DNA of 64,000 nucleotides from Candidatus Babelota bacterium (GCA_049325595.1 JBMOLF010000012.1:12081-76080); one strand, 5' to 3'. Positions 8,508-18,841 are shown, counted from the first letter of the stretch. The notes: generated by a model not told the origin, from the sequence alone. Numbers and translations: made by a program.

Positions 8508-10826
8508 ATGAAGCTTTCGCTTTCTTGGATTTTCCAACATATTTATGCTGATTGGCGTACAGTTGATATCGAAAAATTAGTCAGCCAGTTTATTAAGACT
8601 ACTGCTGAAATAGAAGGATATGAAAAATACCATATTGCGATTGATTCTTTTGCCATAGCTCGGGTAACTCAGATAAACGATGCTCGCATGACGCTTACCT
8701 GCGCTGAGTGGGGCCAACATATTACTTTTCCTGCGGTTGCTGATGCTCACATAAATCAAACATATTTAATTAAAAAAGAAGGTAGTAAGATACGACTTGC
8801 GCATGGTGGTGATTTTGGCTCAGCAAAAGATAGTATTTTACCTGCTTTATCTTTGGTTGCCGAATTAGAAGATGGATCTTGGAAAAAGCACATTGAATTA
8901 GATGATTATATTATCCATCTTGATAATAAATCGATTAATCATCGTCCAGATATGTGGGGACATCGTGGCGTTGCGCGCGAAATTGCCGCTATATTGCAAC
9001 TCCCATTTAAGCCGTTAGAAAATGTAATAGCCCCTTTAGAAGTTGAATCATTTGAAAAGCAATCAAAAATAACGCAAGAAAATCCATTTGAGCTTCGTAT
9101 TGAAAATCCTTCTGTTTGCCCACGAATAGCAGCGGTATACGCTAAGGTACAAGAGGTACAGGCTAGCCCGCTCGCCTTAGCATTAAAACTTTTAAAAGTG
9201 GATGCTCGACCAATAAATGCATTGGTTGATCTTACCAATTATGTAATGCTTGATATTGGCCAGCCAATGCATGCTTTTGATGCTCAAGCTATATCTTCAA
9301 ACTCATTAGTAGTTCGTAATGGTAAACAAAAAGAAGAATTGATATTGCTTGATGGACAAATAGTTTCACTAACACCTGAAGATATTGTAATTACTGATGG
9401 TATAGATCCCTTATCGCTTGCAGGTATTTCCGGTGGCCAAACATCGGGGGTTAACGAGCAAACAAAAGAACTTATTTTAGAATCAGGTTCATTTGATGCT
9501 GCTACCATAAGACGTACGGCTTCCCGGTTAAAAAAACGAACTGACAGTTCTGCTCGCTTTGAAAAAAGTTTAGATCCAAACCAGAATGTGATTGCATTGA
9601 AACGTTTTGTTTTTGCAGCACATGAATTTGGCATTTCGTTGCAAACAGCGCCATCGATAATTTCTGTGGGCAAACAAATAACCTCACCAACTATTACCGT
9701 TAGGCATGAGCAATTAGAGCGAATGATTGGCACAACTATTAATCCTGAATTTGTAATTACCACATTACATGCTCTTGAGTTTACTGTTGTTCAAGCTAAC
9801 GGCATGTATACTATTACCATTCCGACATTCCGTGCTACAAAAGATATTTCAGCAGCTCATGATATTGCAGAAGAAATTGTTCGTTTTATGGGATATGAAA
9901 ACATTCCTCTTTCATTACCGCAACGCGCTATGAAACCGTTTGATTTAACCACCGTTGAACGTATTCGATATATAAAACGTCAACTTGCATTTGGTGGGTC
10001 TATGCATGAGTTGTACACATATGCCTTTTTTGACGAATCATTTTTACGTATTTTGCAATGGGAACCGCGTAATACTTTGCAAGTACAAAGTGCGGTGTCA
10101 GAAAACTGGCAACGTTTGGTTACCTCGTTAATACCTAATCTTTTAAAAGCAGTACAACAGGAACTTGCTTTACAAGATCATGTGCGCTTTTTTGAATCAG
10201 CTCGTGTTTGGCATGCAGGACAAGCAGTTTCTGAAAAACATTCGCTTGCTGGAATTATTGCTGATCGAAAACAGTCGGTTGATTTTTATGAAGGTAAATC
10301 TATTGTTGAAAACCTTCTTCATTCATTGGGAATAAAAGCGCAATGGATTAAGGTGACAGAGCCAGAAGTTCCTTGGTATATGCCGTATCAAACAGCTCAC
10401 TTAATAGTAGGCAACAAAGTAATTGGTACAGCAGGAAAAGTACATCCAAAATTTTATGAACCAGTAGCATTAGGCCAAGCATTTATATTTGAGCTTGATA
10501 CTGAGTTTTTGCTTAATTACAAACAAGAAGAAAAAAAAGTAACGCCACTTGCTAAATATCCATGTGTAGAACGCGATATTAGTATGTTAGTGCCTTTATC
10601 AATTACCGTAGATGAGCTACAAAAGCTTATCGCTTCTGCCGATACAAAAATAAGTTCAGTTTTCTTAATTGATTTCTTTGAAAAACCTGAATGGCACAAT
10701 CAAAAATCACTTACGTTTAGATTTATTATTACTGATCCAGAAAGAACATTAACTCATCAAGAAGCAGATGCGATTTGGGATGTGGTTTCTCAGTTGATTA
10801 CTCAGACTGGTGGAGTGGTAAGATGA
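8508..10826 (+). CDS. pheT: Phenylalanyl-tRNA synthetase beta subunit
   Basis: HRPDMWGHRGVAREIA, INALVDLTNYVMLDIGQPMHAFD, TDSSARFEK, DIAEEIVRF.GY, C-terminal FDX-ACB (YPCVERDIS...KSLTFR). Confidence 0.97.
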   Translation: MKLSLSWIFQHIYADWRTVDIEKLVSQFIKTTAEIEGYEKYHIAIDSFAIARVTQINDARMTLTCAEWGQHITFPAVADAHINQTYLIKKEGSKIRLAHGGDFGSAKDSILPALSLVAELEDGSWKKHIELDDYIIHLDNKSINHRPDMWGHRGVAREIAAILQLPFKPLENVIAPLEVESFEKQSKITQENPFELRIENPSVCPRIAAVYAKVQEVQASPLALALKLLKVDARPINALVDLTNYVMLDIGQPMHAFDAQAISSNSLVVRNGKQKEELILLDGQIVSLTPEDIVITDGIDPLSLAGISGGQTSGVNEQTKELILESGSFDAATIRRTASRLKKRTDSSARFEKSLDPNQNVIALKRFVFAAHEFGISLQTAPSIISVGKQITSPTITVRHEQLERMIGTTINPEFVITTLHALEFTVVQANGMYTITIPTFRATKDISAAHDIAEEIVRFMGYENIPLSLPQRAMKPFDLTTVERIRYIKRQLAFGGSMHELYTYAFFDESFLRILQWEPRNTLQVQSAVSENWQRLVTSLIPNLLKAVQQELALQDHVRFFESARVWHAGQAVSEKHSLAGIIADRKQSVDFYEGKSIVENLLHSLGIKAQWIKVTEPEVPWYMPYQTAHLIVGNKVIGTAGKVHPKFYEPVALGQAFIFELDTEFLLNYKQEEKKVTPLAKYPCVERDISMLVPLSITVDELQKLIASADTKISSVFLIDFFEKPEWHNQKSLTFRFIITDPERTLTHQEADAIWDVVSQLITQTGGVVR

Positions 10827-11284
10827 CGCAAAAAAAAGCATTATTGCCGGCTTTGCTAGTAGCCATTGTTATAATTGGTATTGATCAGTTAACAAAATAT
10901 TGGGTGCTCAATTATGTTACTGATTGGTATGTAGTTAATAACTATCTTTCTTTTGAAGTGGTTTTTAATAGAGGTGTTTCTTGGGGCTTGTTTCATTCAG
11001 CCTATTATTGGCCTTTTTTATTGGTAAGTATGCTGAGCGGGGCATTTATTGTGGGAATGAGCTTATTTACCTGGTGGCAATGGCGATTTGGTTATTCAAT
11101 ATTAGCAGAAACAATGGTGTTGGCTGGTGCAATTTCTAATATGATTGACAGAATAATCTACAAGGGAGTTGTGGATTTTATTGCTCTTACGTATAATGGA
11201 TGGTCTTGGCCAGTATTTAATATTGCCGACTGTTGTATTGTTCTTGGTACTTTTCTTATTTTTGTAAAGCTCAATAAACAATGA
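10823..11284 (+). CDS. lspA: Lipoprotein signal peptidase II
   Basis: DQLTK, NRGVSWG, GAISNMIDR, VVDFI, WPVFNIAD; ATGA overlap with the pheT stop. Confidence 0.96.
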   Translation: MTQKKALLPALLVAIVIIGIDQLTKYWVLNYVTDWYVVNNYLSFEVVFNRGVSWGLFHSAYYWPFLLVSMLSGAFIVGMSLFTWWQWRFGYSILAETMVLAGAISNMIDRIIYKGVVDFIALTYNGWSWPVFNIADCCIVLGTFLIFVKLNKQ

Positions 11285-11736
11285 AATCATTATCTATAGC
11301 TCTTGCAACTTTAGGGCCGGTGGGATATTTACCTGCTTCAGGCACTATAGCCTCAATTATTGCCGCGCCGTTGGTCTATCGTTTGTTTTCTGTATATTCA
11401 GAACCAACAACGCAATGTGCGTTTGTTTTACTGTTAATAGCGCTGTCATTATGGTGTATACAAGTGGCGCTTGAAAATTTTCAGCGATGGGACGATCCAA
11501 GTGAGATTGTGCTTGATGAGCTTATTGGAACATTTGTTACTTTTATTAATATTCCTCTAACACCAATGTCGATGGGAATCGGGTTAATTTTATTTAGATT
11601 CTTAGATATTCTTAAGCCTTTTGGTATTCGTCGCCTAGAATATATTGGCGGATCAGTAGGTATTGTACTTGACGATATTGCAGCTGGAGCAGGAGCTTGT
11701 TTACTGCTGCATCTGTTATATTGGTTTATTGGCTAA
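11281..11736 (+). CDS. pgpA: Phosphatidylglycerophosphatase A
   Basis: PASGTIAS, DPSEIVLDE, FRFLDILKPF, GIVLDDIAAG. Confidence 0.95.
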   Translation: MKSLSIALATLGPVGYLPASGTIASIIAAPLVYRLFSVYSEPTTQCAFVLLLIALSLWCIQVALENFQRWDDPSEIVLDELIGTFVTFINIPLTPMSMGIGLILFRFLDILKPFGIRRLEYIGGSVGIVLDDIAAGAGACLLLHLLYWFIG

Positions 11737-11742
11737 TAATGC

Positions 11743-12414
11743 ATGCTTAATCATCTGATACATTTTTTTAAAACTAATTTTGTTCCCATTATTTTCCCTT
11801 CGTTTTGTCGGCATTGTCGGGCATTTCTTAATGGCGAAGAGGTATTTTGTAATGGTTGCATAAAACTAATTAAGCCAGTTGCATCAGTTGACGTGATGGT
11901 TACTCAAACTTATTCTTGTCCGGTCTGGGCAATTTCAGATTATCAAGAACCATTACGTTCTTTAATATTAGCAAAAATGTATGGCGACATTACTGCAGCG
12001 GTTCAACTGGGTAATTTATTAGTGGAGTTTACCCCTGTTAAGCATTATGAGTTTGATGTAGTAATTCCGATTCCATTACATTGGCAACGTTATGCAAAAA
12101 GAGGGTACAATCAAGCACATGAAATGGCAAAAGTTATTGCCTATCAAAAAAAGATAATTTGTTGCCAAGCGCTCAAACGAATGCGAGCTACTCAATACCA
12201 AGCTCAATTGTCGGTGGAAGAGCGGATTGCAAATGTGGGCGATGTTTTTACGCTTGATGTTCGCTATCATGATTTAATAATCAATAAACGTATTTTATTA
12301 GTGGATGATTTGTTCACAACTGGTGCTACCATAAAGTCAGCGATAAAGGTGTTAAAAAAACTAAAACCAGCATCAATTACCATTGCTGTTGCATGTCGTG
12401 TGGCGCATAGCTAA
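11743..12414 (+). CDS. comF: ComF family protein (zinc ribbon plus PRTase domain)
   Basis: CRHC..CNGC, PIPLHWQR..RGYNQA, LLVDDLFTTGAT. Confidence 0.9.
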   Translation: MLNHLIHFFKTNFVPIIFPSFCRHCRAFLNGEEVFCNGCIKLIKPVASVDVMVTQTYSCPVWAISDYQEPLRSLILAKMYGDITAAVQLGNLLVEFTPVKHYEFDVVIPIPLHWQRYAKRGYNQAHEMAKVIAYQKKIICCQALKRMRATQYQAQLSVEERIANVGDVFTLDVRYHDLIINKRILLVDDLFTTGATIKSAIKVLKKLKPASITIAVACRVAHS

Positions 12415-12520
12415 TGAGTATCTTTTGATTTTTTTAACTTCTTTTATTAGAATGACAGGCACAGTTGGCAATTATTAATGAGTTTTTCTGTTAACCATAC
12501 ATTGCAAAAAGGGATTTTCA

Positions 12521-13591
12521 ATGAAAAACACTAAATCTACTGCAAGTTATTACAAGCTTGGTTTGTTAGTGAGTAGTATTGCTTTATTACCAGCATGTGC
12601 GCCTCTTGATTGGTTTAAAGGTCAAATGAATACCTCTAAAACAATAAATGGTGCCGATCAAGAATCCATTGCAGATGGTTCAGAAGTTATAGCAACCATT
12701 GCGGGCAAACCAGGAATGACGGCAAACAAATTTGAAGCCGACTATAAAAATTTTGTAGAAAAACATCCGATGGGTGCGCTTTTTGCTTCTATGCCTGGAG
12801 CAAAAAAACAAATTTTTAAAGGATTGATCACGCAACAATTGATTAACAAATGGGCTGAAGATCAAAAGATTGAACAAACAGCCGAGTACCAAGAATCATT
12901 AAAACAATTGATCCAATGGCTTAACACTACTCAGTTTGAAAAAACACTCAATATACCAACACTTTCAGAAGCTGAACTCAGAAAATTTTATGATGAACGC
13001 AAAGAATTATTTGGTGACGTGTTAATTTCCTGTGGTGGGGTAAATGCGCTTGGTATTTCATTTGCAAATGAAGCGGCTGCAGCTGATTTCTTGAATAAAG
13101 TAAAAGCAAAGGGTGCAGATTTTGCTAAAATTGCACAAGAAAAAGGGCTTAAAGATCAAATTAAAGACTTTAAATTGGTAAGTGTTCAAAGCACTGGTAT
13201 TGATCCCGTATTGCAAGCACGTATTTTAGAGATCGAAAAAGCTCCTTCAGTTGAACTTATTAAATTGCCAAACAATGTATGTTGGGTAGTTCAGGCTAAG
13301 AGCAAGGAAGCTGAAAAACGCCGTCCGTTTGAAGAAGTAAAAGCGCTGGTTGAACAACGTGCAATGCAAGAAGAAAAAGCAAAAGCATACGAAAAAGCAA
13401 TTGATGAGCTTGAGAAAAAATACAATCTTGTCGTAAATGAAGAATATTTTGCAAAACAAGATAATCAAGCGCAACCATTTATGCAATTACCTATTCAAGG
13501 TGATGCGCAAGAAATGCAAGAAGGGCAAGTAGATATTGCACTTCCAGAAGATAAAGAAGTGACCTTTGATCAACAGCCAAAAGCAGCCTAG
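12521..13591 (+). CDS. PrsA/parvulin-like foldase lipoprotein
   Basis: Lipobox LLPAC; VIATIAG, LSEAELRKFYD, FAKIAQE, RPFEEVK features of PrsA/PpiC-type chaperones. Confidence 0.75.
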   Translation: MKNTKSTASYYKLGLLVSSIALLPACAPLDWFKGQMNTSKTINGADQESIADGSEVIATIAGKPGMTANKFEADYKNFVEKHPMGALFASMPGAKKQIFKGLITQQLINKWAEDQKIEQTAEYQESLKQLIQWLNTTQFEKTLNIPTLSEAELRKFYDERKELFGDVLISCGGVNALGISFANEAAAADFLNKVKAKGADFAKIAQEKGLKDQIKDFKLVSVQSTGIDPVLQARILEIEKAPSVELIKLPNNVCWVVQAKSKEAEKRRPFEEVKALVEQRAMQEEKAKAYEKAIDELEKKYNLVVNEEYFAKQDNQAQPFMQLPIQGDAQEMQEGQVDIALPEDKEVTFDQQPKAA

Positions 13592-13615
13592 TATCTTTTG
13601 CTAATCAATGTTACT

Positions 13616-13656
13616 CTAATAAGGGAGTTTACCTCAGGGTAAATTCCCTTAATTAG
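13616..13656. terminator. Strong intergenic hairpin (terminator or mRNA-stabilising stem)
   Basis: taagggagtttacc-tcag-ggtaaattccctta; no clear U tract. Confidence 0.55.
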
Positions 13657-13689
13657 TATCGAGCAAGAACATAATGATACACAAGTAGG

Positions 13690-14604
13690 GTGAGCATGAA
13701 TTATAGAATGAAAATAGGAATGATGGGATTGTTGTTGGCAATTGCTTCATTATCCGTAACTAAAAATAATCAAATTTGTTCTCCGTCTAATGCGATAGTC
13801 CCCGCTGCAAAAAAACAAATAGATACCATAAAAGTAATGATATTTGGCGCTGAAGGTACTGAAATTATTACCAAATCTGATATTGAGCGACCAGGGCTTG
13901 ATGGTAAAATGCGTTCGGTTGACGAGATTGTTAAAGAACGCACTATGTACCTAAAAGCAGGAACATTGCATATGCATGCTGACCAAGATGCTATTGAAAA
14001 ACAACTTGCTAATGTGATGCGGGAAAATAAATTAACTCCTGAAGGAATGGATCAAATTTTTATTTCATCAGGCTATACTCCTGAAGAAGGCCGTCGACAA
14101 TTTGGTATAATGATTGCCGTAAATTCATTGATTAGCTTTAAAATAACCAGTCGTCTTATTGTTCCAGATAAAGATGTACTTGCCTATTACAATGCAAATC
14201 CTGAGATTATTGAAGCTGAATATCAATTGCAACGTACCGTGATTCCATACTCTACCGTGCAAGATAAACAGGCACAACAAAAACGAATTGAGGCTATGGC
14301 TCGTAGCGGCAAATTAAATTCTGAAGTTACCTGGAGCCCAGCATTCTGGATTACTGATTCTGAATTAGCAGATGAATTGCGCCCAGTAGTTCAACTTAAC
14401 CCAGGGCAAATTGGACAACCGCGAGAGATTTTTGAAGGGTTTGAAGTTTATAAGTTAGTAAACAAAAAACCTGAGCAATTACGATCATTGCAAGAGCGTT
14501 ATCGCGATATTGTTAATATTTTACGCCAGCCCAAATTGCAAGAAATGATGGAAGCATTTGAAAAAGAATTGCTCGCAGAGGTAACAATAGTATACCTTGA
14601 CTAA
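13690..14604 (+). CDS. SurA-like periplasmic chaperone/PPIase
   Basis: Signal peptide; EIITKSDI, V...DVLAYYNAN, LNPGQIGQP...GFEVYKL resemble SurA N-domain/parvulin elements. Confidence 0.7.
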   Translation: MSMNYRMKIGMMGLLLAIASLSVTKNNQICSPSNAIVPAAKKQIDTIKVMIFGAEGTEIITKSDIERPGLDGKMRSVDEIVKERTMYLKAGTLHMHADQDAIEKQLANVMRENKLTPEGMDQIFISSGYTPEEGRRQFGIMIAVNSLISFKITSRLIVPDKDVLAYYNANPEIIEAEYQLQRTVIPYSTVQDKQAQQKRIEAMARSGKLNSEVTWSPAFWITDSELADELRPVVQLNPGQIGQPREIFEGFEVYKLVNKKPEQLRSLQERYRDIVNILRQPKLQEMMEAFEKELLAEVTIVYLD

Positions 14605-14630
14605 AAGAACCTTTTTGTCAAAAAGGAAGA

Positions 14631-15434
14631 ATGTTTGTAATTATTTGCTTAGCTATAATTCTTTTTCCCAATCAAAACTATGCCATGACAAAAAATTTTG
14701 ATTGGGAAATTTCATGGCAAACCGACGATAATGGAACTATTACAACATTTAATTATGCGATAGTTCCTGGCTCATACAAATACAAATTTAAAGATATTCT
14801 CAAGGACAAGTGCGATAGCTCAAATGATTTTTGGCTTCTTATCGGCAATAAGGAGCTATTAACTCAAAGTAATTTTGTATTTAATATGACTCAATTGTTT
14901 ATGGAATGCTCAATTCACTCTTTGCATAAACGATTGCTAATGCTTACCGAATCTTCATTGTTTCATCGACGTGAGCGTTCTATTTTGCAAGAAATTTTTT
15001 TTCTGCCTCGCATCGATTTGCACAATTATGAAGATGAATTTCAAGAAATTTTAGATATGGTTGACCCTACTAGTAACACGAGTCGTCTTGTGGATGAAAT
15101 TCTTAAGTTAAATATAAACCAATGGCGATTAATAATAAAAAAATGTTTAGCGAAAGATAAACTTGTATTACATCAAAAAATAGTTTTGGCTTGCATGTAT
15201 GATATTGCTATTAAAACTGATGAAGAGATTGAAAAACTAAAATTATGTGCACTGCAAAATTGCTTAATTACTAAACAAAAGCATAAACAGGAACGTCGAT
15301 CACTAAAGCTACAAGATTGTTTGAGTGATTATTTGTACGAGCACTATCAAGCAAAAAAACAAAATAATCAAAAAATTCATACTATCTTGAAATCCACCGA
15401 CAAAACGATTAAAAAATCAAATTATAAAAAATAA
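14631..15434 (+). CDS. Exported hypothetical protein
   Basis: 267-aa ORF with AAGGA RBS and signal-peptide-like N-terminus. Confidence 0.7.
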   Translation: MFVIICLAIILFPNQNYAMTKNFDWEISWQTDDNGTITTFNYAIVPGSYKYKFKDILKDKCDSSNDFWLLIGNKELLTQSNFVFNMTQLFMECSIHSLHKRLLMLTESSLFHRRERSILQEIFFLPRIDLHNYEDEFQEILDMVDPTSNTSRLVDEILKLNINQWRLIIKKCLAKDKLVLHQKIVLACMYDIAIKTDEEIEKLKLCALQNCLITKQKHKQERRSLKLQDCLSDYLYEHYQAKKQNNQKIHTILKSTDKTIKKSNYKK

Positions 15435-15437
15435 CTA

Positions 15438-16676
15438 TTATTGTTGTTCTTGCTCATCATGCTCATTGAGTAATTCAAGAGTTTTACTAATTAAAGTTTG
15501 TTTGCGTATTTGATAGTCAGGACGAGAAGAAAAATACGCATCTAAAATAGTTTCAAGACTCATGTCAACTGCCACTTGTGTGCGCCGTTCGCGAGTTTCT
15601 GGCTTGCGTACGGGAATAATTCCTACCACGTACATAGCGCTATTGCAGGCACGATGAATAACTCGCAAGTCTACTGAATCTTGTTGAGCGGTTGGTATAT
15701 GATATAAAATTTTTATTACCGCATCGGTAATGGTATAGGTTTCTAGTTTTTCAAGAATTTGTTTAGTTTGATCTTTATCTGGTACCAAATGTACTTCAAT
15801 TTGTATAAAGGGACGAGTAGGGGTTTTGATGAATTCATAGGTAGTTTTTTGTTTGTTATTGAGAGTAACTAAACAAAATCCTTTTTCCTCTTTACGTTCA
15901 CCAAAGTCTACGCGCTCTAAAGAACCAGAATAAACGATAGGCGGATTATTCCCACTATTTAAATCTTGAAAACGATGTAAATGACCCAATGCTACGTAAT
16001 CAAAAGGAGAAATTGCTAATTGTGATGGTAATAAAATAGGATCAGTGCCGTAAATTGCACGTTTTTCTGACCCCGAAAATATACCTGAACTGACCGTTAA
16101 ATGGCCTACCAAAACTGCGGGAATTGTTTGATCAACTTGTGATGCCAGGTCTTTGATAATGTCAGCCACTGCTTGTGAGATATATTGAGTAATGTGAGAG
16201 CCCGATTTTAGTAACTGTGTTCCAAGGCTTAATGTATTTCTGGTGGGCCACGGCATACCTACAATAGAGCAAGGGCCATTTTTAGTTTGTAATGTTATAA
16301 TCCCTGGTTTTGCAAATACGTGAAAACCATTTAAGGGAAGATCGGCAAAAATATCAAGACTGTGAGCTTTACCAAAACTTAATGGATTATCATGATTGCC
16401 AATTACCATGACAACAGGAATATTTGCTTTGAATAACCGCAGGAGACATTTTAAAAATAATTTTTGTTGCGTAGGGCTAGGATGTGCTGTTTTATAGGCA
16501 TCACCAGCGAACAAAAAGAAATCAACATTTTGTTCTATTGCAACATCAATGCAAAAATTAAAGGCGCGCTCAAAATCCAAAAGACGGGTATGTATCCCCG
16601 TCTTTGGATCAATTTTACCATAATTTTCCATGCCGAAATGAATGTCGGCGGTGTGAATAAAGCGTATTACTGACAT
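15438..16676 (-). CDS. sbcD: SbcD/Mre11-family nuclease
   Basis: HTADIHFG, AGDAY, GNHD, DYVALGHLH, YSGSLERVDFGE. Confidence 0.95.
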   Translation of the reverse strand: MSVIRFIHTADIHFGMENYGKIDPKTGIHTRLLDFERAFNFCIDVAIEQNVDFFLFAGDAYKTAHPSPTQQKLFLKCLLRLFKANIPVVMVIGNHDNPLSFGKAHSLDIFADLPLNGFHVFAKPGIITLQTKNGPCSIVGMPWPTRNTLSLGTQLLKSGSHITQYISQAVADIIKDLASQVDQTIPAVLVGHLTVSSGIFSGSEKRAIYGTDPILLPSQLAISPFDYVALGHLHRFQDLNSGNNPPIVYSGSLERVDFGERKEEKGFCLVTLNNKQKTTYEFIKTPTRPFIQIEVHLVPDKDQTKQILEKLETYTITDAVIKILYHIPTAQQDSVDLRVIHRACNSAMYVVGIIPVRKPETRERRTQVAVDMSLETILDAYFSSRPDYQIRKQTLISKTLELLNEHDEQEQQ

Positions 16677-18118
16677 GAGTTATTTTTACTTTTCAATGTG
16701 CCCAGAAAACCTGCAGCAGTAAATTCTACCTGCGGCTCTTGTTGCGACTTTCTTAGTTTTTCTGCATAACCTTCTTTATTTGTTTGCTGAGTGCGTCCAA
16801 TTGCTAAAGCAGAATCTGGTACATCGTCGGTTATAACTGATCCGGCAGCTGTGAATGCTTTATTGCCAATAGTAACGGGCGCAATGAGGGTATTGTTGCT
16901 TCCTATAAAAGCATCATCACCAATTTTTGTTTTATGTTTATGGGTGCCGTCATAATTACAAATAATAGTCCCAGCGCCAATATTTACGCGATCACCAATT
17001 TCCGCATCTCCAAGATATGCAAGATGTTTTGCTTTAGAAACGCGCCCCATAGTTGTTCGTTTTAATTCAACAAACTTACCAACCTGCGCTTTTTCTTTGA
17101 CTATTGAATTATCAATATACCCAAAAGGGCCAACTTCTGCTAACGATTCAATAGTAGAATTTTTAACAATTGATTGAGGGTGAATAACAACATCATCGCC
17201 CATGGTTACATTTTCTAATGAAACAAATTCATTAATTTTGCAATTTTTTCCTATTATTGTTTTGCCTTGCAAATGTACTCCACAACCAACATAGGTTCCT
17301 GATCCAATAGTTATATTTAGATCAAGATGGACACTTTGCGCTGCTGAAAAATGAACACCATGATCCATCCAATATTTGAGAAGTTCACATCGTTTGACTT
17401 GCTCGGCTGCCCATAATTCTTGAAAATTATTTATCCCACGAATACGATCAAATGGTGCATTTATCGTTGTTACTACTAAATTTTTGTCACTTGCAATTTT
17501 TACTAAGTCGGTTAAGTAAAATTCTTGGCTTTTTTCATTTAATTTTAAGGTGCCAATAGTATCTTCTAAAAAAGAACGACGTATCAGATAAATGCCCGCA
17601 TTAATGCAACATTCTTCAGTTGGATCACCTTCAAAATCACGTGCTTCTACAATAGCAATGCTGTTATCTTTTTTTATGACACGGCCATAACCGCCGCATG
17701 AAGGATCTGGATTATGAGCGGTGACAAATGAAATTTCAGCATTAGTACGGGTATGTTCATTATATAAATGCTCAATAATATCGGGCGTAACTAATGGTAC
17801 ATCACCATTCATAATTAATAAATGATCGCGGTCCCAATGTTGTTGAGTGCAAAGAACTGCGTGTCCAGTTCCTTTTTGTTGCTCCTGTACACAATACTCA
17901 ATTGATGAACCATGATAGTTATCTAATACCTCTTTAATTAATTCTTTTTGGTAACCAACAACCACAAGTGTTGGAATATGCAATTGTTCTAGTAATCTTG
18001 TGGCGAACAAAATCATTTCTTGGCCACATATTTTTTCGACTAATTTTGATCTGCCTGTTTTAAAACGAGTTCCTTGCCCGGCAGCAAGAACGACTCCTTG
18101 TACTTTAGTAGATAACAT
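16667..18118 (-). CDS. glmU: Bifunctional UDP-GlcNAc pyrophosphorylase/glucosamine-1-P acetyltransferase
   Basis: VLAAGQGTRF, QEQQKGTGHAV, GDVPL, EFYLTD, hexapeptide repeats, HLAYLGD, NIGAGTIICNYDG. AAGGAG RBS precedes ATG 18118; the ORF is open to 18223. Confidence 0.96.
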   Translation of the reverse strand: MLSTKVQGVVLAAGQGTRFKTGRSKLVEKICGQEMILFATRLLEQLHIPTLVVVGYQKELIKEVLDNYHGSSIEYCVQEQQKGTGHAVLCTQQHWDRDHLLIMNGDVPLVTPDIIEHLYNEHTRTNAEISFVTAHNPDPSCGGYGRVIKKDNSIAIVEARDFEGDPTEECCINAGIYLIRRSFLEDTIGTLKLNEKSQEFYLTDLVKIASDKNLVVTTINAPFDRIRGINNFQELWAAEQVKRCELLKYWMDHGVHFSAAQSVHLDLNITIGSGTYVGCGVHLQGKTIIGKNCKINEFVSLENVTMGDDVVIHPQSIVKNSTIESLAEVGPFGYIDNSIVKEKAQVGKFVELKRTTMGRVSKAKHLAYLGDAEIGDRVNIGAGTIICNYDGTHKHKTKIGDDAFIGSNNTLIAPVTIGNKAFTAAGSVITDDVPDSALAIGRTQQTNKEGYAEKLRKSQQEPQVEFTAAGFLGTLKSKNNSCQ

Positions 18119-18514
18119 GCAATCTCCTTCCCTTTGATCATCAGTTGTTGGGTATGATGTCTTATTTGCCATAGCTAAAATGCATAAAAAAACTAGATGA
18201 GCTTTTTTAAATAATTGCTTCATTTCAATACCCTTTTTTGATGAAAAAAAGCGTTAACAATTTCAATAACGTTACTTAATAAATTCAATTTTTTTATTAT
18301 TAAAAAACAATCCAAATTGTATCACAACCAGAGGCCAAGTCTACTTTTGATAAAGATCTGACAATGCGAAAAGTGATAGTGTTTTTTTATTGTCGTGATA
18401 TCATGTTCGGCATGCATTGATTGCATGCTTTAAAAGTTAAAATGCATATTCAGAACAGCTTTTCAAAAATGCAGAATAAGTTATTATAGATACAAGTACT
18501 TGTTTTTGCAGTTT

Positions 18515-18606
18515 GGAGAGATGGCTGAGTGGTTGAAAGCGGCCGCCTCGAAAGCGGCTATCCCATGTGAATGGGATCGGGGGTTCGAATCCCCCTCTCT
18601 CCTCCA
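18515..18606 (+). tRNA. tRNA-Ser (anticodon CGA), CCA encoded
   Basis: Acceptor stem GGAGAGA/TCTCTCC; anticodon arm GCCGC-CTCGAAA-GCGGC; long variable arm; GGTTCGAATCC T-arm; ends TCCA. Confidence 0.97.
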
Positions 18607-18765
18607 TGCTTCGTTCTGCGAACTTCGCATGGCGTAGCCAGCGAGGAACTTTGATAACGAAGCATGCCCTGTGTAGCCTTTAGGCGAAGCGTGGGCAGAC
18701 GACTGGCATCCTTCTTCGCTTATCCGGGCCATCAGGCTCGGCAAGCTACGTAGGACAGGGGCCAG
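18605..18765. repeat. GC-rich nested palindromic (REP-like) element downstream of tRNA-Ser
   Basis: catgcttcgtt/aacgaagcatg inverted repeat; GTAGC-stem-GCGAAG units in alternating orientation; ctggc...gccag outer stem. Confidence 0.6.
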
Positions 18766-18841
18766 AAGAGATGGATTGCAAGATGCAACAACAAGTAAGC
18801 AGGATGCACTTTATGATCATAAGATTCGAGCAGGATTAGTA

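Noticed and set aside
18484..18744. 86-aa minus-strand ORF
   Set aside because: It is the antisense reading of tRNA-Ser (RREGDSNPR is the typical tRNA shadow) and the GC-rich repeat.
18725..18760. tcaggctcggcaagc as SRP RNA domain IV
   Set aside because: It lacks the GGAA tetraloop and AGCAG motif and is better explained as part of the palindromic element.
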